Source of the DNA: Verrucomicrobiota bacterium
GTDB taxonomy: Bacteria; Verrucomicrobiota; Verrucomicrobiia; Limisphaerales; UBA11358
DNA length: 64,000 bases
Direction of reading: 5' to 3'
Assembly: GCA_050010675.1 (NCBI GenBank)
Contig: JBEKKN010000004.1
Location: forward strand, 172 to 64,171
In this document: positions 44,941 through 54,657 of the stretch, piece by piece
Layout of the letters: each line of letters opens with the position of its first letter
Position numbering within the stretch: position 1 is the first letter of the stretch
Notes under the pieces: generated by a model
The model's database searches: none
What the model was told of the DNA's origin: nothing
Seen by the model: only the letters and a program-made list of their open reading frames with translations
Program-made: the position numbers and the translations under genes

Positions 44941-46242
44941 TTATTTCGGCAGGTTTGCGCCGGGCAGATAGATGGCGAAGGTGGTGCCTTGACCGGGCTG
45001 GGTATGGACGTGCAAGGCGCCATTGCCTTCCTTGATCAGGCGCTGAACGATGCTAAGACCAAGCCCCGTGCCCTGACGCGGCCCTTTGGTGGTGAAGTAA
45101 GGTTGGAAGATTTTCGGCAGCAATTCCGGCGGGATTCCCGGGCCGTCATCACGCACCCATAATTTGACCATGGGCGGGGTGTTGTCCGCGCATTCAACAT
45201 TGAGCAGCCGGTCGTTCGGCGTGTCCTTGAACTTGGAAAGATCCAGCGGCGCCCGCAGCATTTCGCCGCCGACCTCCACACGATGCTTCTGAGGCACGCA
45301 TTGAAAGGCATTCACCGCCAGGTTGAGCAGAATCTGGATCAGGTCGGTGCCGTTGACCTTGATGCTCATGTCCTCCGCCAGCGGCGTGATGCTGAATTCG
45401 TTGTCCTGCACGCTGGGATGCACACGCATGAGTTGCTCGAGGTCCTTGAGCAGTTGGTTGACACTGACCCGCGGAGCATGTTCATCCGACTGGCGGCGTA
45501 GAAACCCGAGGTAGCGCCGGGAAATTTCTATGCAATTGCCCACCTGCCGCGAGATGATGCGCAGGCGGTCCTTGATGAATTCCGAATCCTCTGCTTCCAG
45601 GTGCGCCGTCCGGCCGAGCCGCTGGTTAAGGACCTGCACAAAACCGGAAATGACCGTCAAGGGACCGTTGATGTCATGAATAATGCTGGCATAAATATCG
45701 CCGCGTGTCTTGGCGATCTGCTCTTCGATGCGCTGGTTTTGCAATTCGGTCAGCAACTCCTGGACCTTGTCCGCGCTGCTGTGAATCTCGCCTTCGAGGA
45801 TCCGGCGTTGCATGGCCTGCGAGACGGCGGTGCGAATGGTCGCGATGTCGAACGGCTTGTTGATGTAGTCGCACGCGCGCAGGCGCAATGCCTGCCGGAT
45901 GGTGTCCGTGGTCTCAAAGGCGGTGATCATGATCGCCTCGATTTCCGGGTTCACAAATTTAAGGCGTTCCAAGGCTTCGATGCCCGACATGCCGGCCATG
46001 CGGATGTCCATCACCGCCACGTCCACCGGGTGTTTTTGCGCCAGCTCAATCGCCGTTGGGCCGTCCTCGGCCATCAACAAATCGTAGTCATCCTTGAAAA
46101 TGACCCGCAACGACTGACGCGGCCCGTCCTCGTCGTCCACTATCAACAACAGACCGCGACGCTTCGTGGGCGTCGGTTCGGTGACTTCGGCGATGGCCGT
46201 GTCCGCCTCTGCCAATGGATCAGCGGTCGAGATCATATTCAA
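44941..46242 (-). CDS. hybrid signalling protein: N-terminal receiver domain plus HisKA/HATPase histidine kinase
   Basis: The receiver region reads LLLIVDDEDGPRQ...DVAVMDIRMAGMSG...ITAF. The H-box is SIIHDINGPLTVISGF. The ATPase G-boxes are RDDGPGIP...GTGLGLSIV. Confidence 0.85.
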   Translation of the reverse strand: MNMISTADPLAEADTAIAEVTEPTPTKRRGLLLIVDDEDGPRQSLRVIFKDDYDLLMAEDGPTAIELAQKHPVDVAVMDIRMAGMSGIEALERLKFVNPEIEAIMITAFETTDTIRQALRLRACDYINKPFDIATIRTAVSQAMQRRILEGEIHSSADKVQELLTELQNQRIEEQIAKTRGDIYASIIHDINGPLTVISGFVQVLNQRLGRTAHLEAEDSEFIKDRLRIISRQVGNCIEISRRYLGFLRRQSDEHAPRVSVNQLLKDLEQLMRVHPSVQDNEFSITPLAEDMSIKVNGTDLIQILLNLAVNAFQCVPQKHRVEVGGEMLRAPLDLSKFKDTPNDRLLNVECADNTPPMVKLWVRDDGPGIPPELLPKIFQPYFTTKGPRQGTGLGLSIVQRLIKEGNGALHVHTQPGQGTTFAIYLPGANLPK

Positions 46243-46334
46243 AATTTAGTTGCCCGGTTCAATTCCCTGAACACGTCTAATAACGTCATTTATACCGCAA
46301 TCGCTCCCACCCTCAAGCGCAAAACGTGCCAGAT

Positions 46335-46865
46335 TTACAGGTGCGCCAGCAACAGCGCGAGCGCCTGCCGCACCGTAACTTGCTTGAATCGCGCGCGTTG
46401 ATACGCATTCAATTTGCGTTCAACCGTCGTTCCGAACGAACCGGCCAACGCGATGAAAACCGTTCCGACCGGCTTTTGCTTTGTCCCCCCGGCCGGCCCG
46501 GCGATGCCGGTGATCCCCAGCGCGAAATCTGCGCCGAACTTTTTCCGGGCGCCCTCGGCCATTTCACGCGCGACGGCGTCGCTCACCGCGCCGTGCACCG
46601 CAAGGGTTTTGGCCCGGACGCCCAGAAACTTCCGCTTCACGGCATTGCTGTAGGCGACCACGCCCCCCAGGAATACCGCCGATGCGCCCGGCACATTCGT
46701 GAGCCGATGCGCCACGCACCCGCCGGTGCACGATTCCGCCAAGGCGAGTGTTTGTTTTCGCTTCGCGAGCCGCCGGAGAACCACTGATGCCAGTGCGAGG
46801 CCCATCCCGACCTTGAGCTTCCTTCCGGCAAAGGCTCCAGGCACGACCGGGCGGCGGCGTTTCAT
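46335..46865 (-). CDS. pncC: CinA C-terminal domain protein (nicotinamide-nucleotide amidohydrolase PncC-like)
   Basis: ...[11 protein letters not shown]..., ...[10 protein letters not shown]..., ...[26 protein letters not shown]... are present. The start is at 46865 (ATGA overlap with the upstream gene) or 46805. Confidence 0.75.
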   Translation of the reverse strand: MKRRRPVVPGAFAGRKLKVGMGLALASVVLRRLAKRKQTLALAESCTGGCVAHRLTNVPGASAVFLGGVVAYSNAVKRKFLGVRAKTLAVHGAVSDAVAREMAEGARKKFGADFALGITGIAGPAGGTKQKPVGTVFIALAGSFGTTVERKLNAYQRARFKQVTVRQALALLLAHL

Positions 46866-47674
46866 GGCAAAAAGCGCGGCTGGCCATTTCGAATCTCGGC
46901 GGTGAAGGTTCCGGCAATGCAGCTTTTTGCTTCGTCCGGCAGACTAAGATAAATCTTCCCTGGCAGTTTATTGCTGGCCAGCGGCCCAAATTCCAGTTTC
47001 ATCGCGTAGCCGTTGGTGAACGTTTCCATGATCCGCATATCACCTTCCCGCCAAAACAGGGATACGCCCGGCACGAGACCGGCGTCATTCGTCAACACCT
47101 CAAAACTTTTCCCCGCCCAACCCCCGGTCGCATTGGTGACAACCAGGATGTTGACCGCGGCGTCCACATCCCGGCCCGGGCTGGACCGCAACATCAGCAG
47201 ACCGTTTTGAAACACCGCGCGCCGGCAGACAAAATCCCGGCCATGAATTTTGCCGGCGGCAGTCCGGTCCGGAAAGACCGTGTTCGTCAAATCCAGGGTC
47301 CAAAGGGGATTGACGGCAGAGGAAACCGCATTGGTTGCGCCGAAATCCGACGACGCCGGATGCGACGCAATGATTCTTTCCCGGAGGAACAACGCGGTCG
47401 CCGCGGCACATGCCAGAATCAATGCGAAGATGAGCACCGCGGATTTTCGCTGATGCACCACGGGCGGCGGGGCCGCTGAAGCGGGCGACGGCGGGAGGAG
47501 GATGGGCTTGATGAATTGCGTCGCCGACAACTGATATTTTGAACCATCCGCCGGCGCCTTGGGCACGATGATGATCTGGAAACAGGTCGGGCATTCCACC
47601 TGCGCGCCGCTCGCACTTGAATCCACCGCCATGCGTTGGCCGCAAACCGGGCAGGCAAATTTGAACTCGCTCAT
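46862..47674 (-). CDS. membrane-anchored hypothetical protein with an N-terminal zinc ribbon
   Basis: [18 protein letters not shown]...[13 protein letters not shown] is followed by one TM helix ([19 protein letters not shown]) and a roughly 150-aa extracytoplasmic domain. The ATG at 47674 is preferred over the GTG at 47695. Confidence 0.55.
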   Translation of the reverse strand: MSEFKFACPVCGQRMAVDSSASGAQVECPTCFQIIIVPKAPADGSKYQLSATQFIKPILLPPSPASAAPPPVVHQRKSAVLIFALILACAAATALFLRERIIASHPASSDFGATNAVSSAVNPLWTLDLTNTVFPDRTAAGKIHGRDFVCRRAVFQNGLLMLRSSPGRDVDAAVNILVVTNATGGWAGKSFEVLTNDAGLVPGVSLFWREGDMRIMETFTNGYAMKLEFGPLASNKLPGKIYLSLPDEAKSCIAGTFTAEIRNGQPRFLP

Positions 47675-47816
47675 GGCCTGGGAGAAACATTTCACATCCG
47701 CGCCGGGGCGGCAATCAGCATTTTAAGTGATTTTAATCCGTCTTTGGGATTGAATTTTACCGCCGCATCTCAAAATCTGTGTTCATCCGCGTCCAGCGCG
47801 CGGTTGGTCAAAGCGC

Positions 47817-49217
47817 ATGAAAAAAATCTCTCCCGTCTCCCGCAGTGGACGCTTCGCCCGCGGCCCCGGCGCGGACGTCGCGCAATTCACCGAATCCATC
47901 TCGTTCGACCGGCGGCTCTGGCGGCATGATCTTCTGGGTTCGCTGGTCCACGCCGAGATGCTCCACAAAATCGGCGTGCTGGCGCGCGCCGAACGCAATG
48001 CCATCGTGCATGGCCTCAAAACCATCGCCCGGGAAATTGAAGCCGGAAAATTCCGCTGGAAGCCCGAACTCGAGGACGTGCACATGAACCTCGAGGCCGA
48101 ACTCACGCGGCGCGTGCCCGCCGGCGCAAAGCTGCACACCGCCCGTTCACGCAACGACCAGGTCGCCCTCGACCTGCGCCTCTGGCTGCGGGACGAAATC
48201 GTTCTGCTGCTCGCTGACATCGTTCACCTGCAGCGCGCGCTCGTCAGCCTCGGTGAAAAAAATGCCGACGTGCTGATTCCCGGCTACACCCACCTGCAGC
48301 GGGCGCAACCGGTCTATCTCGCGCACCATCTGCTGGCCTATGTTGAAATGCTGGAACGTGATTGCGAACGGTTCTGGGATGGTTATTCGCGCGTGAACGT
48401 CTGCCCGCTTGGCAGCGGCGCGATCGCCGGCTCCACGCTGCCCTTGGATCGGGTGTTCGTCGCCAGACTGCTTGGCTTTGTGAATGCCAGCGGCCAACCG
48501 CAACTCACGCAGAATTCCATGGACGCGGTGAGCGACCGGGATTTTGCCGTCGAATTTTGCGCCACCGCCGCGCTGCTGGCCGTGCATCTGTCGCGGCTCG
48601 CGGAGGACTTGATTCTTTGGACGAGCGCCGAATTTAATTTCATCAAGATTGCCGACGCCTACACCACCGGCTCCTCCCTGATGCCGCAAAAGAAAAATCC
48701 CGACATCGCGGAACTGGCGCGGGGCAAGACCGGCCGGGTCATCGGCAACCTCGTCGCGCTGCTTACGGTGTTGAAGGGGCTGCCGATGACCTATAACCGC
48801 GATTTGCAGGAAGACAAGGAACGGCTGTTCGACACCGCCGACACCGTGCGCGCCACCACGCAACTCATGGCCGCCATGCTGCGCAATACCAAAGTCAACC
48901 ATGCCGCGTGCGCCGCGGCCGCGGGCGATCCGGCCTTGCTGGCGACTGACCTGGCCGATTATCTCGTAAAAAAAGGAATGCCCTTCCGGCAGGCGCACCA
49001 TGTCGTCGGCGCGGTCGTGGCCCTGGCGGAAGAAACCGGCAAACCGCTGAACCGGCTTTCGTTTGCGGACCTGCAATCCGTGGACGAAGCCTTTGGCCGC
49101 GACGCACTGGGCGTGTTCAATTTGCAACGCGCGATGTCAAAACGAAACCTGACCGGCGCCCCGGGAACCAAGGAAGTGGCGAAGCAACTGGCCCGGTGGC
49201 GGGCACAGCTGTCTTGA
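47817..49217 (+). CDS. argH: argininosuccinate lyase
   Basis: ...HTARSRNDQV..., ...GYTHLQRAQP... and ...GSSLMPQKKNPD... (fumarate-lyase signature) are present. Confidence 0.95.
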   Translation: MKKISPVSRSGRFARGPGADVAQFTESISFDRRLWRHDLLGSLVHAEMLHKIGVLARAERNAIVHGLKTIAREIEAGKFRWKPELEDVHMNLEAELTRRVPAGAKLHTARSRNDQVALDLRLWLRDEIVLLLADIVHLQRALVSLGEKNADVLIPGYTHLQRAQPVYLAHHLLAYVEMLERDCERFWDGYSRVNVCPLGSGAIAGSTLPLDRVFVARLLGFVNASGQPQLTQNSMDAVSDRDFAVEFCATAALLAVHLSRLAEDLILWTSAEFNFIKIADAYTTGSSLMPQKKNPDIAELARGKTGRVIGNLVALLTVLKGLPMTYNRDLQEDKERLFDTADTVRATTQLMAAMLRNTKVNHAACAAAAGDPALLATDLADYLVKKGMPFRQAHHVVGAVVALAEETGKPLNRLSFADLQSVDEAFGRDALGVFNLQRAMSKRNLTGAPGTKEVAKQLARWRAQLS

Positions 49218-49221
49218 TTCC

Positions 49222-50247
49222 GTGAACGCGGCACTCAACGAATTGCTGAAGCGAACGTCGCGCTCGTTTTATCTGACCTTGCGCGTGCTGCCGGCGCCCG
49301 TGCGCCGGCAAATCGGCCTGGCCTATCTGCTCGCGCGCACCACCGACACCATTGCCGATACCGAAATTGTCCCGCAGACGCAACGGCTCGACGCGCTGCA
49401 CAAGCTGCGTGTACGCATCGTGGGCAGATCCACCGCACCGCTGAATTTTGGGGAACTTGCGAAACAACAAGCTTCGCCAGCCGAGCGTCTCCTGTTGGAA
49501 AAGGTCGAGGACAGCCTCGCGCTGCTGCCAAAACTTTCGCCCGCCGACCTGCAACGGGTCCGCGGTGTGCTTGAAATCATCATCGGTGGCCAGGAACTGG
49601 ATTTGGAGCGGTTTGCCGGCGCTTCCGCCGATAACATCATCGCGCTCAAATCCAGCATCGAACTCGACGACTACACCTATCGTGTCGCCGGCTGCGTCGG
49701 TGAATTCTGGACCCAGCTGTGCCGCGCGCATCTGTTTCCGTTTGCGGAACTGGAGGACGCGCAACTGTTCGGCGACAGCATTCGTTTCGGCAAGGGCCTG
49801 CAGCTGGTCAACATCCTGCGCGATTTGCCGGCGGATTTGCACAAGGGCCGTTGTTATTTGCCGTCCCTGGAATTGGATCAGGTCGGACTGTTACCGTCGA
49901 TTTTGTTGTCGCCGGTCAACGAATCCCGATTCCGCCCGATCTACCACCATTACCTCGATGTGGCGGAATCGCATTTGAAAGCCGGCTGGGTCTATACGAA
50001 TGCACTGCCGCGCGGGCAGATGCGTGTACGACTGGCCTGCGCGTGGCCGATTTTAATCGGCGCCCGGACGATTAAACGGTTGCGCGCCGCCAACGTGCTG
50101 GAACTGCGACAAGGCGTCAAAATTTCCCGGGGCCGGGTTTATGGAATCATGCTGCATTCGGTGCTGGCTTATCCGCTGCCCAGCGTTTGGCGAAAGCTGT
50201 TTGTCATGAGCCGGAATGCTATTGCATCCGGCGAAAAATTGAGGTAA
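49222..50247 (+). CDS. squalene/phytoene synthase family protein (squalene-synthase-like)
   Basis: ...TSRSFYLTLRVLP..., LLARTTDTIAD (DxxxD), ...DDYTYRVAGCVG... and ...GLQLVNILRDLPADLHKGRCYLP... are present. GTG start. Confidence 0.7.
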   Translation: MNAALNELLKRTSRSFYLTLRVLPAPVRRQIGLAYLLARTTDTIADTEIVPQTQRLDALHKLRVRIVGRSTAPLNFGELAKQQASPAERLLLEKVEDSLALLPKLSPADLQRVRGVLEIIIGGQELDLERFAGASADNIIALKSSIELDDYTYRVAGCVGEFWTQLCRAHLFPFAELEDAQLFGDSIRFGKGLQLVNILRDLPADLHKGRCYLPSLELDQVGLLPSILLSPVNESRFRPIYHHYLDVAESHLKAGWVYTNALPRGQMRVRLACAWPILIGARTIKRLRAANVLELRQGVKISRGRVYGIMLHSVLAYPLPSVWRKLFVMSRNAIASGEKLR

Positions 50248-50256
50248 GGAAAAGCC

Positions 50257-51126
50257 ATGCGAATTTCCAAGTTTTACCCCGTGGTTTGCGCGGTGGCCGT
50301 TTGTACAAGTATCGCAGTTGTACGCGCCGACGACAATCCTGCCCAGGCGGCTGCTCGCGCAGCGATGGAGGAACAGATGCGCGTGATGGACACACAGCCG
50401 GCGAGCTCAAATACGCAATCGGCTGCCCCCGCAGCGCCGGTCCAACCGGCTCAACCCGCCGCCGGCGCCACGCCTTCGACTCCACCACCAGCGGAAAATC
50501 CGCAGGCACCGGCAAGCGCACCATCGCCGGCTCCCGCAGCGCCGGTCCAGCCGGCTCCACTTGCCGCAGCCCCACCCGCGGCAACGCCTGCACCGGCGAC
50601 ACCTTCGCAACCCGTTCAGCCCGTTGCCGCACCGACCGTGTCTGCGGCACCGCCGCCGGCAGTGGTGGTTACTGCCTCCGGCTCAACCGTGCAGGAACCG
50701 ACCAATCCGCCGCCGGCAGCGACCCTGCCCGTGCCGGCTCCACCCACAACGACTGCCGCGCCGACGACTTCAAGTTCGGGGAATGGTTTTTTTGTTCCGG
50801 TGCCACCACCCTCAGGCAGTAGTATCACACCGGGCGCAGCACCGGAGGAGAGCCTGCCGTCATCAACCACCACTGCACCCGCTGCCACTCAAACTCCAGC
50901 GCCCGCCGTCGTCCAGTCCGTTCCCACGGAACCATCGCAAAACAACAACAGCACGGCCATTCCGGCGAGTCGATTAGGATTACCACCAATCGTGGCGCCG
51001 CCGCTCCCGATTACCACCACGCAACAGGCGCAACTTCAGGCCTTGCTTGAAAAATACGAAAACAACGCCATCTCGGCGGAGGATTATCAAAACGAGCGCG
51101 CAAAAATTCTGGCCGAACCCCATTAA
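50257..51126 (+). CDS. secreted Pro/Ala-rich low-complexity protein with a SHOCT-like C-terminus
   Basis: There is a signal peptide. A roughly 200-aa P/A/T/Q-rich region contains repeated AAPVQPA units. The C-terminus is ...AISAEDYQNERAKILAEPH. Confidence 0.55.
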   Translation: MRISKFYPVVCAVAVCTSIAVVRADDNPAQAAARAAMEEQMRVMDTQPASSNTQSAAPAAPVQPAQPAAGATPSTPPPAENPQAPASAPSPAPAAPVQPAPLAAAPPAATPAPATPSQPVQPVAAPTVSAAPPPAVVVTASGSTVQEPTNPPPAATLPVPAPPTTTAAPTTSSSGNGFFVPVPPPSGSSITPGAAPEESLPSSTTTAPAATQTPAPAVVQSVPTEPSQNNNSTAIPASRLGLPPIVAPPLPITTTQQAQLQALLEKYENNAISAEDYQNERAKILAEPH

Positions 51127-51143
51127 GAGCCGTCCCATTTCCC

Positions 51144-51176
51144 GCCCGCCGGCTCTCGTCGGCGGGCTTTTGCTTT
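51144..51176 (+). terminator. candidate intrinsic terminator
   Basis: The 8-bp stem GCCCGCCG/CGGCGGGC has an 8-nt loop and is followed by TTTTGCTTT. It begins 18 nt after the stop at 51126. Confidence 0.55.
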
Positions 51177-51215
51177 GCCACTCGGAGCCGCCAACTTTAA
51201 GCTGGGCACGCCGTC

Positions 51216-52514
51216 ATGCATGATTTTCGTTATATCGGCAAAAAATTGTACTGCGAAGGTGTCGCCGTGGAAGCACTGGCGCGCCGATTCGGCACGCCGC
51301 TCTACGTCTATTCGCAGCACACGTTGTCGGACCATTTTCAAAAGCTCGACCGTGCCATGTCGCCGGTGGAGCATCTCGTTTGCTTTTCGGTCAAATCCAA
51401 TTCCAACCTGTCCGTCCTGCGCACCCTCACCAACCTGGGCAGTGGTTTCGACATCGTGAGCGGGGGCGAGCTGCGGCGGGTCATGGCGGCGGGCGGCGAC
51501 CCGCGCCGGTGCGTTTTCGCGGGCGTGGGAAAAACGGAGGACGAAATTGAATTTGCGCTACGGCAGAACGTTTATTCGTTCAACGCCGAGAGCGAAGCGG
51601 AATTGCAGCGCATCCAAAGGGTGGCCGCGCGGCTGAAAAAAATTGCGCCGGTCGCCGTGCGCGTGAATCCGAACGTAGCGGCGCGCACACACGCCAAGAT
51701 CACCACCGGCACCTACGAGAACAAATTCGGCATCGCGTTCGAGCAAATCGAGGGCGTATACGCCCGGGCGGCCCGTTTGAAAAACCTGCGTCTGCGCGGA
51801 TTGCAGATGCATATTGGCTCGCAACTGACCAGCGTGGCGCCGTTTGAACAGGCCGTGCGCAAGGTCCGACCGCTGGTGCGGCGGCTTGCGGATCAATATG
51901 GCCTGGAATTCCTGAGCATCGGCGGCGGACTGGGCATTGTTTATGAGCCCGCGCTGGCGAGCGGTTCGCCCGGATGGTGGAAGTCGTCCGCGGCGAAAAA
52001 TATTTTGACGCCGGCGACTTACGCCCGGCGTTTGCTGCCATGGTTGCGACCGCTTGGCTTGAAAATTTTGCTGGAGCCGGGCCGGTTCATTTCCGGCAAC
52101 GCGGGCATCCTGGTCACGCGGGTCGAATACGTGAAACGCACCGGCCGGAAGAATTTTGTAATCGTGGACGCCGCGATGAACGATTTGATCCGCCCGGCGT
52201 TCTACGACGCCTACCACGAAATCGTGCCGGTTACGCACCCGGCCGGCACGCCCATCAAATCGGATGTCGTCGGCCCGATTTGCGAGTCGGGTGATTACTT
52301 TTGCAAGGACCGCCCGCTGGCCCGGGTCGGCGAAGGGGATTATCTGGCGTTATTGAGCGCCGGCGCCTATGGCTTTGTGATGGCGTCAAATTACAATACC
52401 CGCCCGCTGGCGGCCGAGGTGCTGGTGAGCGGCCGCCGCGCCGCCATGGCCCGCAAACGCCAGCCGGTCAAAGAAATTTGGTCGGGCGAGAAAGTTGTGG
52501 CATGGTTGAGGTAG
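51216..52514 (+). CDS. lysA: diaminopimelate decarboxylase
   Basis: ...GTPLYVYS..., ...CFSVKSNSN... (PLP Lys), ...EPGRFISGNAG... and ...VGPICESGD... are present. Confidence 0.95.
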   Translation: MHDFRYIGKKLYCEGVAVEALARRFGTPLYVYSQHTLSDHFQKLDRAMSPVEHLVCFSVKSNSNLSVLRTLTNLGSGFDIVSGGELRRVMAAGGDPRRCVFAGVGKTEDEIEFALRQNVYSFNAESEAELQRIQRVAARLKKIAPVAVRVNPNVAARTHAKITTGTYENKFGIAFEQIEGVYARAARLKNLRLRGLQMHIGSQLTSVAPFEQAVRKVRPLVRRLADQYGLEFLSIGGGLGIVYEPALASGSPGWWKSSAAKNILTPATYARRLLPWLRPLGLKILLEPGRFISGNAGILVTRVEYVKRTGRKNFVIVDAAMNDLIRPAFYDAYHEIVPVTHPAGTPIKSDVVGPICESGDYFCKDRPLARVGEGDYLALLSAGAYGFVMASNYNTRPLAAEVLVSGRRAAMARKRQPVKEIWSGEKVVAWLR

Positions 52515-52518
52515 CATT

Positions 52519-53706
52519 GTGAATACGGAATATTCCATCGCCGCGCATTGGCCGGACGGTTTTGATGAGACCGGGCTCCGCCAGTGGGCGGAACATCTGC
52601 GCGCCCAGCTTCTGGCGCCGCAGGTCTCGCTGGGCCTGGTTTTCATGTCGCCAAAATTTTTCCCGCACGCCCGGCAGACGCTGGAAATTCTGCGCGTTCA
52701 TGCCCGGATCCCCTTGCTGGTGGGCTGTTCCAGCACCGGGTTGATCGCCGGGGCAAACGAAATCGAAGGCGCGTCCGGTTTTGTGCTTGCCCTGTTTTCC
52801 CTGCCGGGAGCGGAATTGAAAGGATTTCGTTTCACCCAGCAACAGGTGGAAGAGGCCCATGACGCGACCTACTGGCGTTTGGAAACCGGCGTCGAACCCA
52901 AGGGCACCAATGGCTGGCTGGTGTTTATTGATCCGTTCCATCTCGACGCGGAAAGCTGGCTCCGTTCCTGGAACCAGACCTATGCGCCGCTGCCCGCGCT
53001 CGGCGGGCTGGCCAGCGGTGTTTTTTCCGACCAGACCACGCAGGTCTATTTGAACGGCGACGTGTTTGAAGATGGCGGCGTGGCCATTTCCGTAGGCGGC
53101 GACGTGAAGCTGGCGAGCGTCATCTCCCAGGGTTGTACGCCCATCGGCGAAACCTGGACGCTCACGCGCGTCGAACATAATTTGATCCGTCAAATCGCCA
53201 ATCGCCCCGCCTATGCCGTGCTCGCGGAGACGTTTCAAAAACTTCCTCCCGCCGAACAGCAAAAGGCCCGCGGCAATCTGTTCATCGGCCTCGTGGTCAA
53301 CGAATACCTCGAGGATTTTCATCGGGGCGATTTTCTCGTGCGCAACCTCATTGGGGGCGACCCGAACTCCGGCGTGTTATCCGTCGGCGCCATGCCCCGG
53401 GCGGGGCAGACCATGCAGTTCCAGCGGCGGGACGCGGCGGCGGCGACGGAGGACATGAATGAACTCCTGGCCCGCGCCAGGAACCAGCTCGCCGGCACCG
53501 TCATTTATGGCGGCTGCCTCTGTTCCTGCAACGGTCGCGGCCAGAACCTTTTTGGCCGGCCGAATCATGACGCCGAGATGGTGCAACAACGGCTCGGCCC
53601 GCTCGGCCTTACCGGATTTTTTTGCAATGGCGAAATCGGCCCGGTCGGTGAAAAAAATTTCCTCCACGGTTACACCGCCTCGCTCGCCCTGTTTGTGAAA
53701 AAGTAA
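52519..53706 (+). CDS. FIST N/C domain sensory protein
   Basis: The C-terminal ...LTGFFCNGEIGPVGEKNFLHGYTASLALF matches the FIST_C ending. The N-terminal ...LLVGCSSTGLIAG... is FIST_N-like. GTG start. Confidence 0.75.
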   Translation: MNTEYSIAAHWPDGFDETGLRQWAEHLRAQLLAPQVSLGLVFMSPKFFPHARQTLEILRVHARIPLLVGCSSTGLIAGANEIEGASGFVLALFSLPGAELKGFRFTQQQVEEAHDATYWRLETGVEPKGTNGWLVFIDPFHLDAESWLRSWNQTYAPLPALGGLASGVFSDQTTQVYLNGDVFEDGGVAISVGGDVKLASVISQGCTPIGETWTLTRVEHNLIRQIANRPAYAVLAETFQKLPPAEQQKARGNLFIGLVVNEYLEDFHRGDFLVRNLIGGDPNSGVLSVGAMPRAGQTMQFQRRDAAAATEDMNELLARARNQLAGTVIYGGCLCSCNGRGQNLFGRPNHDAEMVQQRLGPLGLTGFFCNGEIGPVGEKNFLHGYTASLALFVKK

Positions 53707-53744
53707 TCATAATTCGCGATTGCCTTTCAGCCCGCCGACCCGTC

Positions 53745-54212
53745 ATGCTCGCGGGAGAAATGGTTTCACCGGAAGAACAACCGACCGAATCGAATGCTGC
53801 CGCGCCACCGCGAAGTCCGGGTGGCGGACGGCGGCGGGGCCACCGCGGCGGGCGCGGGCGCGGGCGCGGGCCACGCCCCTCCGCGCAAACCGTGCCCAGG
53901 GATCAGCCCGCTGGCGCCTCCGCTCAAGAAATGGCTGGCCCCGGGCCGCAACCCCCGGCCGCGGTTTCGGCGGGAAAGGATGTTTCCGCCATCAGCCGGG
54001 CGGCTGACGAAGTACGGCAAATTGTCGAATCACTCGAACAGGCCTTGGAACAAATGGAAGAAGTGCTGGAACTGGTCGAGCTGGCGGAACGCCAGAAATC
54101 CGGCGACGAGCGCGAAATTGACTCGCTGCGCCGGGCATTGCAAAGGATTCAGCCGCCGCGCGGCCACAAGGAGCCACCGCACGAACCCGGCAGCGAACCC
54201 GGCGGCGATTAG
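53745..54212 (+). CDS. hypothetical protein: RGG/Arg-Gly-rich N-terminus plus acidic coiled-coil C-terminus
   Basis: GGGRRRGHRGGRGRGRGPRP is followed by ...IVESLEQALEQMEEVLELVELAERQK... The region has a strong GC bias, so the coding call is tentative. Confidence 0.4.
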   Translation: MLAGEMVSPEEQPTESNAAAPPRSPGGGRRRGHRGGRGRGRGPRPSAQTVPRDQPAGASAQEMAGPGPQPPAAVSAGKDVSAISRAADEVRQIVESLEQALEQMEEVLELVELAERQKSGDEREIDSLRRALQRIQPPRGHKEPPHEPGSEPGGD

Positions 54213-54484
54213 AACCCTTCCACGACCCGCGTCAGGCGATGATTGACGTAGAGAACGTTGCGGGAGCCGAACAATGGTTTGCGCCGCTTCTCGATCCGCA
54301 CCGGCCACCGTTCAGCGTCGCCGACCATGAAGTCGAAAACTTCGTGAATCGGCTCGTTTAAAAGGCGGGTGGCCCGGCGAACCGGCTTGTCGTCCACGCG
54401 GATGAGCAGGGTGCCGCAAAGCTGGTTGAAATTAAATTCCACATGGTGTTTTTCCAAATCGCCTACCTCAAAAGAGAACTTCAT
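54209..54484 (-). CDS. hypothetical 91-aa protein
   Basis: An ORF with balanced composition, convergent with the previous gene. No motif is recognised. Confidence 0.45.
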   Translation of the reverse strand: MKFSFEVGDLEKHHVEFNFNQLCGTLLIRVDDKPVRRATRLLNEPIHEVFDFMVGDAERWPVRIEKRRKPLFGSRNVLYVNHRLTRVVEGF

Positions 54485-54657
54485 AGATATACGTCTTGTG
54501 ACACTGGTTCCCTTGCAAATTCCATGCCGTCCCGGAAAAAGATGTGGGATTCGCTTTCACCGAAAATTTGTGGGTAAAACGAAGAGCCGGGTTCCCCTGA
54601 CACAGGCATGGCCCGGAAAACTGTCCCAAAATAATTCAACCGCAATCCATTCCGTGG

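Noticed and set aside
49222-50247. A suspicion that the squalene-synthase-like protein lacks the Asp-rich catalytic motifs.
   Set aside because: On re-reading, DTIAD (DxxxD) and the NILRD...D...GR.YLP block are present, so nothing is unusual.
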